Shown here in pieces: positions 11,463 to 23,505 of a stretch of DNA of 64,000 nt. Numbering within the stretch: the first letter of the stretch is position 1; every line of letters begins with the position of its first letter. Source of the DNA: an uncultured Chloroflexia bacterium (lineage in GTDB: Bacteria > Chloroflexota > Limnocylindria > QHBO01). The notes beneath the pieces are model-generated. The model searched no databases. It was given only the letters and a program-made list of their open reading frames with translations, and was not told where the DNA came from. A program made the translations under genes and the position numbers. The stretch is taken from contig CAWBKO010000007.1 of assembly GCA_963789435.1 (NCBI GenBank), positions 189,364 to 253,363 of the forward strand, read 5' to 3'.

Positions 11463-12104
11463 ATGAAGGTCTGGAGCGAGCGCCCGGGAGCACGAACGCG
11501 CGAGATTGTTGCGGACATCCTCACGCTGGGCTGGGTCGCGGTCTGGGCGACCATCGGCATCAGGCTCTATGGGTTCCTGGCCAACCTCGCGGGAGCCGGG
11601 CGCCTGGTCCGGGACGGCGGCAGCGGGATCACCAACGCGGGTGTCCAGGTTGGAGCCGCATTGCAGGGGATACCGCTTGTCGGCGAGGGTGCCGCGGACG
11701 GCGTTCGTGGAGCCTTCTCGGGAGCCGGCGACCCCCTCATGCAATTCGGGACCGACCTCGAGCGCCTGCTCATCGTCGTGGCGGCACTGCTCGGCCTGCT
11801 TGTGGTTGCGGCGGCGCTGGCGCCGTGGCTCAACCGCTATCTCCCGTGGCGCGTCGCGCGCTGGCGCCGGCTGAACGCCGCGGCCCGCGTCATCCGACGG
11901 CACCGCGTGGCGGGAAGCGACCCGCTCGAGGACGCCGACGTCGCGCGCATCCTTGCCTCGCGCGCGCTGCATCGGCTCGAATACGACGAGCTTCTCGAGT
12001 TCACCCCCGACCCCTTCGGCGATTGGGTCGCCGGACGCCACGACAGATTGGTGCAGGCCGAGCTTGACCGGGTTGGCCTGCGCGCCGCGACCGCCTCCCC
12101 CTGA
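11463..12104 (+). CDS. Hypothetical membrane protein
   Basis: GGAGG RBS, two hydrophobic segments and an Arg-rich cytoplasmic tail. Confidence 0.75.
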   Translation: MKVWSERPGARTREIVADILTLGWVAVWATIGIRLYGFLANLAGAGRLVRDGGSGITNAGVQVGAALQGIPLVGEGAADGVRGAFSGAGDPLMQFGTDLERLLIVVAALLGLLVVAAALAPWLNRYLPWRVARWRRLNAAARVIRRHRVAGSDPLEDADVARILASRALHRLEYDELLEFTPDPFGDWVAGRHDRLVQAELDRVGLRAATASP

Positions 12105-12186
12105 CGGCGCGCGGGTAGACTCTCGCCGCCGGTCCCGAGCCCGCGCAGCCGCGTGAGCCTGCCGGCGGAGAGGGAGGAGCTATCTC

Positions 12187-12471
12187 ATGGTTGGTTGGGG
12201 AATCTTTCTCATCATCATCGGCGCCGGTTCCCTGCTGCTGCCATCGCTCGGCTTCCAGTTTCGCCTCATGGAGCTGCTCGAAGACTACCAGCCGTACGCG
12301 GGCATCGTGGTCGCCATCATCGGCGCGGGCCTCGTGCTGCTCGGGATGAACCGCGGCTCAACCACGACCGTGCAGACCAGCACGGGGCCGGCTACACCAT
12401 CGCAGCCGGCCGCGGCGGCAGAGCCTCCGGTGACCGGGACCGACGCTGAGGACCCGTACCGCCGGCCCTGA
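12187..12471 (+). CDS. Small two-helix membrane protein
   Basis: GGAGGAG RBS, two hydrophobic segments and a Pro/Thr/Ala tail. Confidence 0.7.
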   Translation: MVGWGIFLIIIGAGSLLLPSLGFQFRLMELLEDYQPYAGIVVAIIGAGLVLLGMNRGSTTTVQTSTGPATPSQPAAAAEPPVTGTDAEDPYRRP

Positions 12472-12489
12472 TCGGGCGGCACTGTCGCG

Positions 12490-13280
12490 CTACGAGCGGC
12501 CGGGAATGGGCAGCGAGACAACGGCGCGTTCGACGTCGAAGCGCAGGCCCAGGAGCTCGGCCGTTCGTGGCGACTCCACCTCGGCCGCCAGGGTGACGAC
12601 GGCCGGCACGGCCATCTCGCCTCGCGGCACGAGCCTGACGACGTGCGGCCCGACATCGGCGACCGCCAGGTCGGCGACGGCCCAGAAGTCGATGCCGAGC
12701 TGCTCGTGCAGGACGGCCGCGGTCGAAGGCGGGTCGCCGGTCGCCAGATCGAGCCGGGCCAGGCTGGACGGATGAGCCGAGCGGGTGCCGGAACGACGCT
12801 CGTTCGGCGAGCGCTGCGGCGCCCCACTCCGAGCCGACGTACGCGTGCTGGATCAGGAACGGAATGCCGTCCGGCGCCAGGCGGGACTGCGGAAAGGCCG
12901 CCCACCACTCGACCAGCTCGCCGTCGGGGCGAGTCCGGCTGCCGTGGGTGACCGGGCCGAAGGTTCCCTCCGGCAGCGCGCCCACCGTCAGCTCCAGCGC
13001 GTCGTCGGTCAGCGCCCAGGTCGCCAGGCCGCCGCCATGGGCGTCCAGGGTGGCGATGGCGGCCTCACCGACCTGCGTGCGCGACGCTGCCTCGCGGTCC
13101 TCCACCCCGATCAGCTCGAGGTAGCTTCCATCGGCGAGCCACACGATCCGGTTGAAGGTTCCCGATCCCGTCGTGGCGGCCGCCGCCGGCGGCGGTCAGG
13201 CCGAGGGTGGACTCGAGCTCGGTCGCCGCCGCGTCCGGATCGGCGCAGGCGATGACGAGGTGGTCGATGCCTCGGATCAT
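12490..13280 (-). CDS. VOC/glyoxalase-like domain protein (frameshifted)
   Basis: MIRGIDHLVIACADPDAA...LGL..GGRH, DGSYLELIGV, RTRPDGELVEW, PFLIQH. The last frame stops at 12490. Confidence 0.82.
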
Positions 13281-13319
13281 CGGACGATGCTACCAGCATC
13301 CGGTAGGCTCACCGGACCG

Positions 13320-14135
13320 ATGAGACCTGCGACCGATCGACCCGCTCCGGGCTCGCACGACCGAAGCACGCCGTCGGGCTCGCTCGAGACGAGCGCCGCG
13401 AACCTGTTCGAGGCGATGCTCGCCGCCCGCGCGGCCGAGGAGCGCGGCGGGGACCGTCGCGTGCTCGATGGCTTCTATCGCACGCTGATGAGCGGCATGC
13501 TCCTGCTGCCGGTGCCGCCCGAGCACGGCGAGGAGGCGAAGCAGGCCCTGGCGTCGGCGGTCAACGACGAGGCGCAGGTGGAGATCAGCGTCATGCTCGC
13601 GCGCGACGGGGACGGCACGCCGGTGGGCGTCGTCTTCGGCTCGTTCGGCGCCCTCGCCGCGTGGGCCCCATCCCACACCGGCAACCTGCCGCTGCCGGCC
13701 CCGATCGCGATCGCGAACCTGGCTTCGGCGGGCATGCCGGCCATCATGGATCCCGCCGGACCGATCCCCTATCGCTTCGATGCCGACGAGCTGGCGGCGC
13801 TCGCCGCGGGCCGGGTGCCGGGAAGCGATGAACCGCTCTTCGAGCCCACGGCCCGGACGTCGCTCCTCGTTCGGCTGCCGGGGCGCGACACGCGGGAGCT
13901 CGAGGGCCGCCTGGTGGAGGCGTTGCGCGACACCGGGGTCGAAGCCGCCTACCTCGTCGAGAGCGACGGTGCCGACGGCCGTCCGCGGCTGATGCTCGGG
14001 CTCGTCGGCGAGCCGGGCGCCTCGGCGACGGTCGACGTCCCCGACGAGACCGACGTCGTGTGGCTCGAGGAGCCGCTCCTCGCCCAGGTGCGCGCGGTCG
14101 CCGAGCCGTTCCACCGCCCCGGTCGCGGACGGTGA
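13320..14135 (+). CDS. SseB-family-like protein
   Basis: Resembles the SseB N-terminal layout: FYRTLMSGMLLLPV, VVFGSFGALAAW, AIMDPAG. C-terminal part has AAYLVE and PRLMLGL. Confidence 0.6.
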   Translation: MRPATDRPAPGSHDRSTPSGSLETSAANLFEAMLAARAAEERGGDRRVLDGFYRTLMSGMLLLPVPPEHGEEAKQALASAVNDEAQVEISVMLARDGDGTPVGVVFGSFGALAAWAPSHTGNLPLPAPIAIANLASAGMPAIMDPAGPIPYRFDADELAALAAGRVPGSDEPLFEPTARTSLLVRLPGRDTRELEGRLVEALRDTGVEAAYLVESDGADGRPRLMLGLVGEPGASATVDVPDETDVVWLEEPLLAQVRAVAEPFHRPGRGR

Positions 14136-14921
14136 GCACGCTGCGCGTTGAGCGGGATGGGCCGTTCGCGCGCGTCACGCTTGCGCGACCGGACGTGCGC
14201 AACGCCTTCAACGCGGAGATGATCGGCGAGCTGCGCACCACGTTCGAGGCGCTGGCCGCGGAGCCGCCGGATCGGCTGCGCGGCGTGGTGCTGGCGGGTG
14301 ACGGGCCTGTCTTCTGCGCCGGCGCCGACGTCGAGTGGATGCGCGCGTCCATCGGCCTCTCGGTCGACGAGAACGAGCGCGACGCCGCGGCCATGCAGGC
14401 GATGTTCGGCGCCATCGACACCTGTCCCGTGCCCGTCATCGCTCGCGTCCACGGTGCCGCCCTCGGCGGCGGGATGGGGCTGTGCGCGGTCGCCGACATC
14501 GTGGTCGCGACCGCCGCCACCTCGTTCGGCTTCACCGAGACCAAGCTCGGGATCATTCCCGCCGTGATCAGCACCTTCGTGCTGCCGAAGATCGGCGAGT
14601 CCCACGCCCGTGCCCTCTTCGTCAGCGGCCAGCGGTTCGACGCGCGAGCGCGCGCGGGCGATCGGCCTCGTCCACGAGCTGGCCGATGACGAGGTGGCCC
14701 TCGACGAGCGGGTGGAGGAGCTGCTCGACGAGCTGCGCTCCGCCGGCCCGATGGCGGCCCGTGCGGCCAAGGCGCTCGTGCGCGAGCTCGGAACGCTGGC
14801 GCCGGACGAAGCGAGGCGCCACGTGGCCCGGCACATCGCGCAGCTGCGCACCTCGCCGGAGGGCCAGGAGGGGCTCACCGCGTTCGTGGAGAAGCGGCCG
14901 CCGCACTGGCGCGGCACCTGA
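14132..14921 (+). CDS. Enoyl-CoA hydratase, probable methylglutaconyl-CoA hydratase (frameshift near 14640)
   Basis: RPDVRNAFNAEMI, FCAGADVEWM, GAALGGGMGL, FGFTETKLGIIPAVIS, EGQEGLTAFVEKRPP. Lies within the leucine-catabolism cluster. Confidence 0.9.
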
Positions 14922-14940
14922 CTCTGCGACAATCGCGACG

Positions 14941-16952
<2,012 letters not shown>

Positions 16953-16960
<8 letters not shown>

Positions 16961-17859
16961 TCGCGACGTCCGCGTCTACGAGGTGGGACCTCGTGACGGG
17001 CTGCAGAACGAGAAGACGCCGATCCCCACCGGGGAAAAGCTGCGCTTCCTGTCGCTGCTTGCCGACGCCGGCCTGCGCGAGATCGAGGCAACCAGCTTCG
17101 TGTCTCCCCAGGCGATCCCGCAGCTCGCGGACGCGGACGAGCTGATGGCATCTCTCGAACGACGTCCGGGCGTTCGGTATCCCGTGCTGGTCCCGAACGA
17201 GCGTGGCCTGGCCCGGGCAGAGGCGGCCGGAGTGGACGCGATCTGCGTATTCACGGCAGCGTCCGAGCCCTTCACCAAGGCCAACATCAACATGACGATC
17301 GCAGAGTCGATCGACGCCTTCCGCCCGATCGTCGAGACGCGCCCGCGGGCGCGGCTGGTGGACCCGCGGCTATCTCAGCACCGCGTTCGGCTGTCCGTAC
17401 CAGGGCGAGGTCAGCGAGGCCGCAGTGGTGGCCGTCGCCCGACAGCTCATCGAGCTCGGCGTGGACGAGGTCTCGATCGGCGACACGATCGGGATCGCCG
17501 GGCCGGCGGACGTTCGGCGTGTCGTCAACGCGCTGCTCGGGGCAGGGATCGCGATCGACCGGCTGGCGATGCACTTCCACGACACTCGCGGCACGGCGCT
17601 CGCCAACGTCAGCGCGGCACTCGATCTCGGGATCCGATGCTTCGATGCATCGACCGGCGGGACCGGCGGCTGTCCGTACGCGCCGGGGGCGGCCGGCAAC
17701 CTCGCGACCGAGGACCTCGTGTACCTGCTCGATCGCGAAGGGATGTCGCATGGCGTCGACCTCGACTCCGTTCTGGTGGCTGCGCGCCACGTGAGCGAGA
17801 CGCTCGGCCGGCCGCTGGCGACGAAGGTGGGCCAGGCCGGCGGCTGGCGCGTACCATAG
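16953..17859 (+). CDS. hmgL: Hydroxymethylglutaryl-CoA lyase (frameshift near 17340)
   Basis: EVGPRDGLQNE, TSFVSP.AIPQLAD, SIGDTIG, HFHDTRG, GGCPYAPGAAGNLATEDL. Confidence 0.95.
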
Positions 17860-17866
17860 GCGCCCG

Positions 17867-18853
17867 ATGGACGCCGACGCCTCACCGCAGCAGCAGCCGC
17901 GCCCGCTGATCCTGGACGTGGACACGGGGATCGACGACATGATCGCCCTGCTCATCGCGGCGACCAGCCCCGAGCTCTCACTGCGGGGCGTCACGTGCGT
18001 CGCCGGCAACGTCGAGATCCATCACGTGGCGCGCAACACCGGCAAGATCCTGCGCATGGTCGGCCGCGGCGACGTGCCGGTCAGCATCGGCGCGGCCAGG
18101 CCGCTGCAGCGACGCCTGCGCACGGCACCTGACACGCACGGTCCAACCGGTACCGGCTACGTCGAGCTGCGCGGCGAGGACCGTCAGCTCGGCACCACCG
18201 AGTACACCGCGATTCCCGCCAGCCGTTATCTCGGCGCGCACGTGAGCCGCCACCCGGGCGAGATGACCGTCGTTGCCCTCGGACCGCTCACCAACCTGGC
18301 CGCCGCCACGCTGCAGGGCGTCGACCTGCACGCGGGTGCGCGGGACGTGATCTGGATGGGTGGCACCCTCGAGGAGCGCGGGAACACGACCGAGACCGGT
18401 GAGTGGAATGCCTGCGTGGATCCGGAGGCCGCCGAGACGTGCCTGCGGGCGGGCGCGATCCACCGCATCTTCCCGCTCGATGCCACGCAGGACATCGTCT
18501 TCACCATGGAGGACCTCCGGCAGCTGCCGGACACGCACCTTGCCGGCATCGTCCGCGACGCGGTGCGCTTCTACGTCGGATTCCACCAGCAGGCCGATGG
18601 GATCGACGGCGCGTACCTGCACGATCCGGTCACGCTGATCGGCTCGCTGCTGCGACCGGACCTCGTCACCGGAAGCGTCGAGGAGACGCTCGCCTGCGAC
18701 ACCAGCTCGGATCCGTACCTGGCCGGGAGCCTGTATCGCTCCGAGGCCGATGACCGCCCCGCGGTCTCGGTTGCGACGGCGATCGATGCCGATGGCATGA
18801 AGATGGAGCTCATCGCGCGCCTCGGGCGCGCGGTCGGCGCCCCGTACAGCTGA
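17867..18853 (+). CDS. Inosine-uridine-preferring nucleoside hydrolase family
   Basis: LDVDTGIDD, HG..G.G, LGPLTNLA, EWNACVDPEAA, LHDP. Confidence 0.93.
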   Translation: MDADASPQQQPRPLILDVDTGIDDMIALLIAATSPELSLRGVTCVAGNVEIHHVARNTGKILRMVGRGDVPVSIGAARPLQRRLRTAPDTHGPTGTGYVELRGEDRQLGTTEYTAIPASRYLGAHVSRHPGEMTVVALGPLTNLAAATLQGVDLHAGARDVIWMGGTLEERGNTTETGEWNACVDPEAAETCLRAGAIHRIFPLDATQDIVFTMEDLRQLPDTHLAGIVRDAVRFYVGFHQQADGIDGAYLHDPVTLIGSLLRPDLVTGSVEETLACDTSSDPYLAGSLYRSEADDRPAVSVATAIDADGMKMELIARLGRAVGAPYS

Positions 18854-18885
18854 CCACGAGCGCACACGCACAGGAGGGTCAACCC

Positions 18886-19980
18886 ATGGTCGTCCGCTGG
18901 ATCGCCGCCCTCGCGGCGTTCGCAATCGTGATCTTGATCGGCATGGTCACGATCGGGAACTTCGGCACCGGCATCGACACCGGCAATTTCTTCGACACCG
19001 AAGGCGCCGACTCATTCGCGCTCATCGGTGCCATCGCGCTCGTCCTCGCTTTCCTGGTCTACGCCGCGGTCGAGTATGCCCAGACCGGTGGATTCGCCTC
19101 GATCGCGTCCCAGTTCGATACGCGCACCATCGTGCTCATGCCGATCGCCGTCGCGATCAACATCATCCTCGGAGCGACCGTTGCGAACGCCCTCAAGCTG
19201 CCGATCTACCTCGACAGCATCGGCACCATCCTGGTCGGCGCTCTGGCCGGTCCGGTTGCTGGAGCATTGACCGGCTTCCTCACCAACACCCTCTGGACGT
19301 ACGTGATTCCGCCGCCCTTCCAGAACGGCCCCGCGGCGGCATTCGGCGTCGTGGCGGTGGTCATCGGCGTGCTGGCCGGTCTGGCCGGGCGCGCAGGTTG
19401 GCTGCGGCCGCGGCCGAACCGCAGCAGCTCCGAGCTGGTTATCGGCGGTCTGATTGCGCTGGCGATCGTGGTCGGCCTCGGGATCTATGCCTACACCCGC
19501 TTCTATGGCACGACCTTCCAGTTCTTCAACCCGGACAACACCAACGTCCTGTTCACCATCCTCGGCTGGTTCATCGGGCTGATCTTCGTTGCCTTCGTGG
19601 TCGGCTTCGTGGCGCTCCTCTTCGTGCGTCGCGACCTGGCGGTGGCATACGTCACCGTGGCCGGGGTCGTCACCGGACTGATCGCGGCGCTCATCAGCGC
19701 GCCAATCGCGGCCAACGTGTTCGGTGGCGTGACCGGTGGCGGCACCGACTTCCTGGTCGCTGCCTTCCGCCAGGCCGGCGCCGACCTGCAGACGGCGACC
19801 TTCCAGCAGGGCCTCCTGTCCGATCCGGTGGACAAGCTGGTGACCTTCTTTGTCGTCTACCTGATCCTGGCGGCCATGGCGCGGCGAACGAAGGCTCGTT
19901 TCCCGCAGGGTGAGCAGCTCATCGAGGAGGGCGACACGGAGCACGTCGAGGAGGGCGAGTGGCGGGGGGCGACCGCCTGA
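18886..19980 (+). CDS. ECF transporter substrate-binding (S) component, enlarged
   Basis: IVLMPIAVAINIILG..LKLPIYLDSIGTILVGALAGP.AG.LTG and SDPVDKLVTF. Followed by T and two A components. Confidence 0.85.
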   Translation: MVVRWIAALAAFAIVILIGMVTIGNFGTGIDTGNFFDTEGADSFALIGAIALVLAFLVYAAVEYAQTGGFASIASQFDTRTIVLMPIAVAINIILGATVANALKLPIYLDSIGTILVGALAGPVAGALTGFLTNTLWTYVIPPPFQNGPAAAFGVVAVVIGVLAGLAGRAGWLRPRPNRSSSELVIGGLIALAIVVGLGIYAYTRFYGTTFQFFNPDNTNVLFTILGWFIGLIFVAFVVGFVALLFVRRDLAVAYVTVAGVVTGLIAALISAPIAANVFGGVTGGGTDFLVAAFRQAGADLQTATFQQGLLSDPVDKLVTFFVVYLILAAMARRTKARFPQGEQLIEEGDTEHVEEGEWRGATA

Positions 19981-20786
19981 TCGAGGCCGTCGCCGTCGAC
20001 CAGGGCATTCCCGATTTCCTGGGAAGGCCCGGCCCGAGCGCGTATCACCGGCTCAATCCGCTCACCAAGGCGACCCTCGCGACGGTGTCGGCGGTCGCGG
20101 CGGTGGTGCTTGGCGGCCTTGTCGGCCCAATCATCCTCGTCGCGGCCGCGGTGATCCTGCCCGCGATCGTGGCCGGCGTCCTCCCCAGGCTCATCCGAAC
20201 GGCATTGCTGCTCGCGCTGCCGATCGCGCTGTCGGCCTTCCTCGTCAACCTGTTCTTCTTTCCCGGCGGCCAGACCGTCCTGCTGCGGATCGGGCCGATC
20301 GTGGCGACCGCCGAGGGCATGGCATTCGCGCTCGAGATCCTGGTGCGCATCCTTGCCATCAGCGGTGCGGTCACGCTCTTCTACCTCACGACACGGCCGG
20401 CGGACCTCGTGCTCGATCTCGAGCGGCGCGGGGTGAGTCCTCGCATCGGGTTCGTAGCAAACGCGTCGGTGCAGACGGTGCCGGCCATGGTGGATCGCGC
20501 GGGACAGATCACGGCCGCTCAACGCGCGCGCGGACTGGACACCGAAGGCTCGCTCTGGCGACGCATCCGCGGCGTCGTCCCCATCGTCGGCCCGGTCATC
20601 CTCGGGTCGATCGCCGAGGTCGAGGAGCGCACGATGGCGCTCGAAGCGCGCGGCTTCACCCGACCCGGGCGCCGGACCCTCCTCTGGTCACCCACGGACA
20701 CGCGCACCCAGGCGCTGGCGCGTTGGGCACTGCTCGCATTGCTGACCGGCCTGATCGTCATCCGCGTCACCGGGATCTGGGCGTGA
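19959..20786 (+). CDS. ECF transporter transmembrane T component (CbiQ/EcfT)
   Basis: LNPLTK, AQRARG and ALEARG (the two conserved ARG motifs). Confidence 0.92.
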   Translation: MAGGDRLIEAVAVDQGIPDFLGRPGPSAYHRLNPLTKATLATVSAVAAVVLGGLVGPIILVAAAVILPAIVAGVLPRLIRTALLLALPIALSAFLVNLFFFPGGQTVLLRIGPIVATAEGMAFALEILVRILAISGAVTLFYLTTRPADLVLDLERRGVSPRIGFVANASVQTVPAMVDRAGQITAAQRARGLDTEGSLWRRIRGVVPIVGPVILGSIAEVEERTMALEARGFTRPGRRTLLWSPTDTRTQALARWALLALLTGLIVIRVTGIWA

Positions 20787-21595
20787 CCCTCTCGCTGTCC
20801 GGGGTCGGATATCGCTATGCCGGAGCGACGCGAGCGTCGCTGCTCGACATCGATCTCGACCTGCCCGATGGGGTGGTCGTCGGCGTCGCAGGGCCCTCGG
20901 AGGCTGGCAAGACGACCCTGTGCCTCGTTGCGGCCGGGCTCGCGCCGCGGACGGTCGGCGGACAGATCCGCGGGCACCTGACCCTCGATGGCGAGAACAT
21001 CGATGCCTGGCCGATGCATCGGCTCAGCGAGCGGATCGGCATCGGCTTCCAGAACCCGTCGACCCAGCTGTCGCAGGTGGCGGGAACCGTCTTCGAGGAG
21101 GTCGCTTTCGGACCGATGAACCTTGCGGTGCCGCGGAGCGAGGTGGTGGCGCGAACGTGGACGGCACTCGAGGGCATGGGCATCGAGCCACTCGCGGAGC
21201 GCGACCCCCGCCATCTCTCGGGCGGCCAGCAGCAGCTGGTCGCCATGGCGGGGCTGCTCGCCATGCGGCCGAAGCACCTCGTCCTGGACGAGCCGACGGC
21301 GCAGCTCGACCCAGCCGGCACGCGGATGGTTGCCGACGCCATCGCTCGACTGGCGTCCGACGGCGCCAGCATCCTGGTGACCGAGCAGAAGACCGACCTG
21401 CTGGCCGCCGTCGCGACCGAGATGGTCGTGCTGTCCGATGGCCGGATCGCCCTCCGAGGGCCGGCGGACGAGGTGCTGGCCGATCCGCGCCTGGCGGAGT
21501 TCGGCGTCGCAGCGCCGGCAGTGGTGAGGCTGCGGCGCGCCGCGGTCGCCGCGAGCATCGACCCGGCGCGACTCGAGGGTGCCCTCAGTGACTGA
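20783..21595 (+). CDS. ECF transporter ATPase (A component)
   Basis: GPSEAGKTT, FQNP..Q, LSGGQQQ, LVLDEPTAQLDP. Confidence 0.92.
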   Translation: MTLSLSGVGYRYAGATRASLLDIDLDLPDGVVVGVAGPSEAGKTTLCLVAAGLAPRTVGGQIRGHLTLDGENIDAWPMHRLSERIGIGFQNPSTQLSQVAGTVFEEVAFGPMNLAVPRSEVVARTWTALEGMGIEPLAERDPRHLSGGQQQLVAMAGLLAMRPKHLVLDEPTAQLDPAGTRMVADAIARLASDGASILVTEQKTDLLAAVATEMVVLSDGRIALRGPADEVLADPRLAEFGVAAPAVVRLRRAAVAASIDPARLEGALSD

Positions 21596-22398
21596 GCTCG
21601 TCGTCGAGCGCCTCGCCCATGTCTACCGCCAGGGCGGCGTGCGGGCTCTTGATGGCGTCGACATCCGCGTCGGGCCCGGCGAACGCGTGGCCCTCGTCGG
21701 CCAGAACGGCAGCGGCAAGACCACCCTCGTCCGTCACCTGAACGGGCTGCTGCGCCCTACCGAGGGGCGGGTGACGGTCGACGGAACGGACGCCTCGTCC
21801 CTGACCGTCGCACAGCTGGCGTCGCGCGTTGGACTCGTCTTCCAGGATCCTGATCGGCAGATCTTCGCCGGCTCAGTCCGCTCCGAGGTCGAGTTCGGTC
21901 CACGCAACCTCGGACGCTCCGGCGCCGAGCTGCGGGAGGCCGTGTCGGCCGCGCTGGACGCGACCGGGCTCGGCGGCGAGGAGGGTACGAATCCCTACGA
22001 TCTCGGGCAGTCGCGTCGGAAGCTGCTCGCGCTGGCATCGGTCCTGGCGATGCGCACCCCGGTGCTCGTCCTCGACGAGCCGACCACCGGCCAGGACGCG
22101 CGCGGCGTCGAGCGTGTGCGGGGGGTGGTCGAGGCCGTCTGCCGGAGAGGGTCGCACGGTGATCGCCATCAGCCACGACATGCGGTTCGTGGCCGACACC
22201 TTCGAGCGCATCATCGTGATGCGCGCCGGCCGGATCATCCTGGATGGGCCGCCGTCACGGGTCTTCGCGCGAGATGCGTGGGAGGCGCTGCGCTCGACGT
22301 TCCTCGAGCCGCCGCTCAGCGCGGTCATCGGAGAGCGTCTGGGGCTCGGTTCCACTCCGACCGACGAAGTCCTGATCGGCGCCCTGGCGGTCGGCTAG
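21588..22398 (+). CDS. Second ECF transporter ATPase (frameshift near 22140)
   Basis: GQNGSGKTT, FQDPDRQIF, LDEPTTGQD, ISHDM. Confidence 0.9.
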
Positions 22399-22838
22399 TA
22401 GAAGCCGGGCGGCGGGGGGAGCGGCTTCCCCTCGGCGTCGAGGCGCTCATCGGTAGGCAGGTTGTCACGGTGCTCGCGCTCCCCGATCGGTCCGGGAATC
22501 GGAAGCGCCATCACCGATGAGGGGACCTCGTCGAGGCGGTCGGCGATGCCACGCAGCCCGAGTCGCTGCAGCGCGGGGGCGAATCGATCCGCGAAGTCCG
22601 CGCTGCGGAGCAGTCCGAAGGTGAGCGAGGGGTGCGCGCGGTTCAGCAGCTCGAGCCCGCGGGCGGCCTCAACGGCATTGACCTGGTTCAGCCCGAGCTG
22701 TACCTCGAGGATGTCGAGGGCCCGATTTGCCTCGCGGCGCGTCTGCTTGCTGAAATGCGGGGTACGGTTGACGAGCACCCGCGTGCGGTAGATGGCGTCG
22801 CGGACGCGGCTGTCACGATCGAGGTGGCCCTGGGTCAT
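22395..22838 (-). CDS. Hypothetical protein
   Basis: 147-aa ORF with TAGTAT 7 nt before the ATG. Confidence 0.6.
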   Translation of the reverse strand: MTQGHLDRDSRVRDAIYRTRVLVNRTPHFSKQTRREANRALDILEVQLGLNQVNAVEAARGLELLNRAHPSLTFGLLRSADFADRFAPALQRLGLRGIADRLDEVPSSVMALPIPGPIGEREHRDNLPTDERLDAEGKPLPPPPGFY

Positions 22839-23500
22839 GGAGCGAATACTACGCGCCGGCGCGGACTGGGAGGCGGCGGTTGCCGATGCCGTGCGGCGCG
22901 CCGACCGGCCGATTCCGCTCGACGAGCGCCTGCTGCCCCGAAACGCTGACGGTGAGGTGACCCGACGCGCCTACGACCGCGCCACGTTTCCGCCGGCACG
23001 CCCGGCCTCGACGCTCCTCGCCATCTACCCCGACGATGCCGGGCGCCTCGTCATTCCACTGACGGTGCGCCACGCCGACCTGCGTTCACATGCGGGCGAG
23101 GTATCGCTTCCCGGTGGCGCGGTGGACGCCGCGGATGCCGACCGGGAGGCGGCCGCGCTGCGCGAAGCCTGGGAGGAGATCGGACTCGAGCCGGAGCTCG
23201 TCCGGATCGCGGGCGTGCTCGATGACGTCTGGATCCCGGTCAGCAACTTCGAGCTCCGTCCCTTCGTCGGCACAGTCACGTCGCCGCCCGTCGCTGACGC
23301 GGCACGACGCCGAGGTCACCGCGATCGTCGAGCTGCCGCTCGACGCGCTGTTCGACGACGAGGTGTTCGGAACGGAGGAGTTCACCGGACGCGGCTTCAC
23401 CGTCCGAGCCGGCGCCTATCGGTACGGCGGGGTGCGCGTCTGGGGCGCGACCGCGCTGACGCTCGGCATGCTTGCCCACGTCCTCGAGGGACCGGCCTGA
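22837..23500 (+). CDS. Nudix hydrolase, CoA pyrophosphatase (NudL-like; frameshift near 23280)
   Basis: LTVRHADLRSHAGEVSLPGG...AALREAWEEIGL (UPF0035 motif plus Nudix box), and VWGATA. Confidence 0.9.
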
Positions 23501-23505
23501 CGCCC

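Noticed and set aside
14335-14940. Long N-terminal extension of the mccA ORF
   Set aside because: It is an off-frame read-through of the hydratase gene. The real start is ATG 14941, after a -10-like hexamer.
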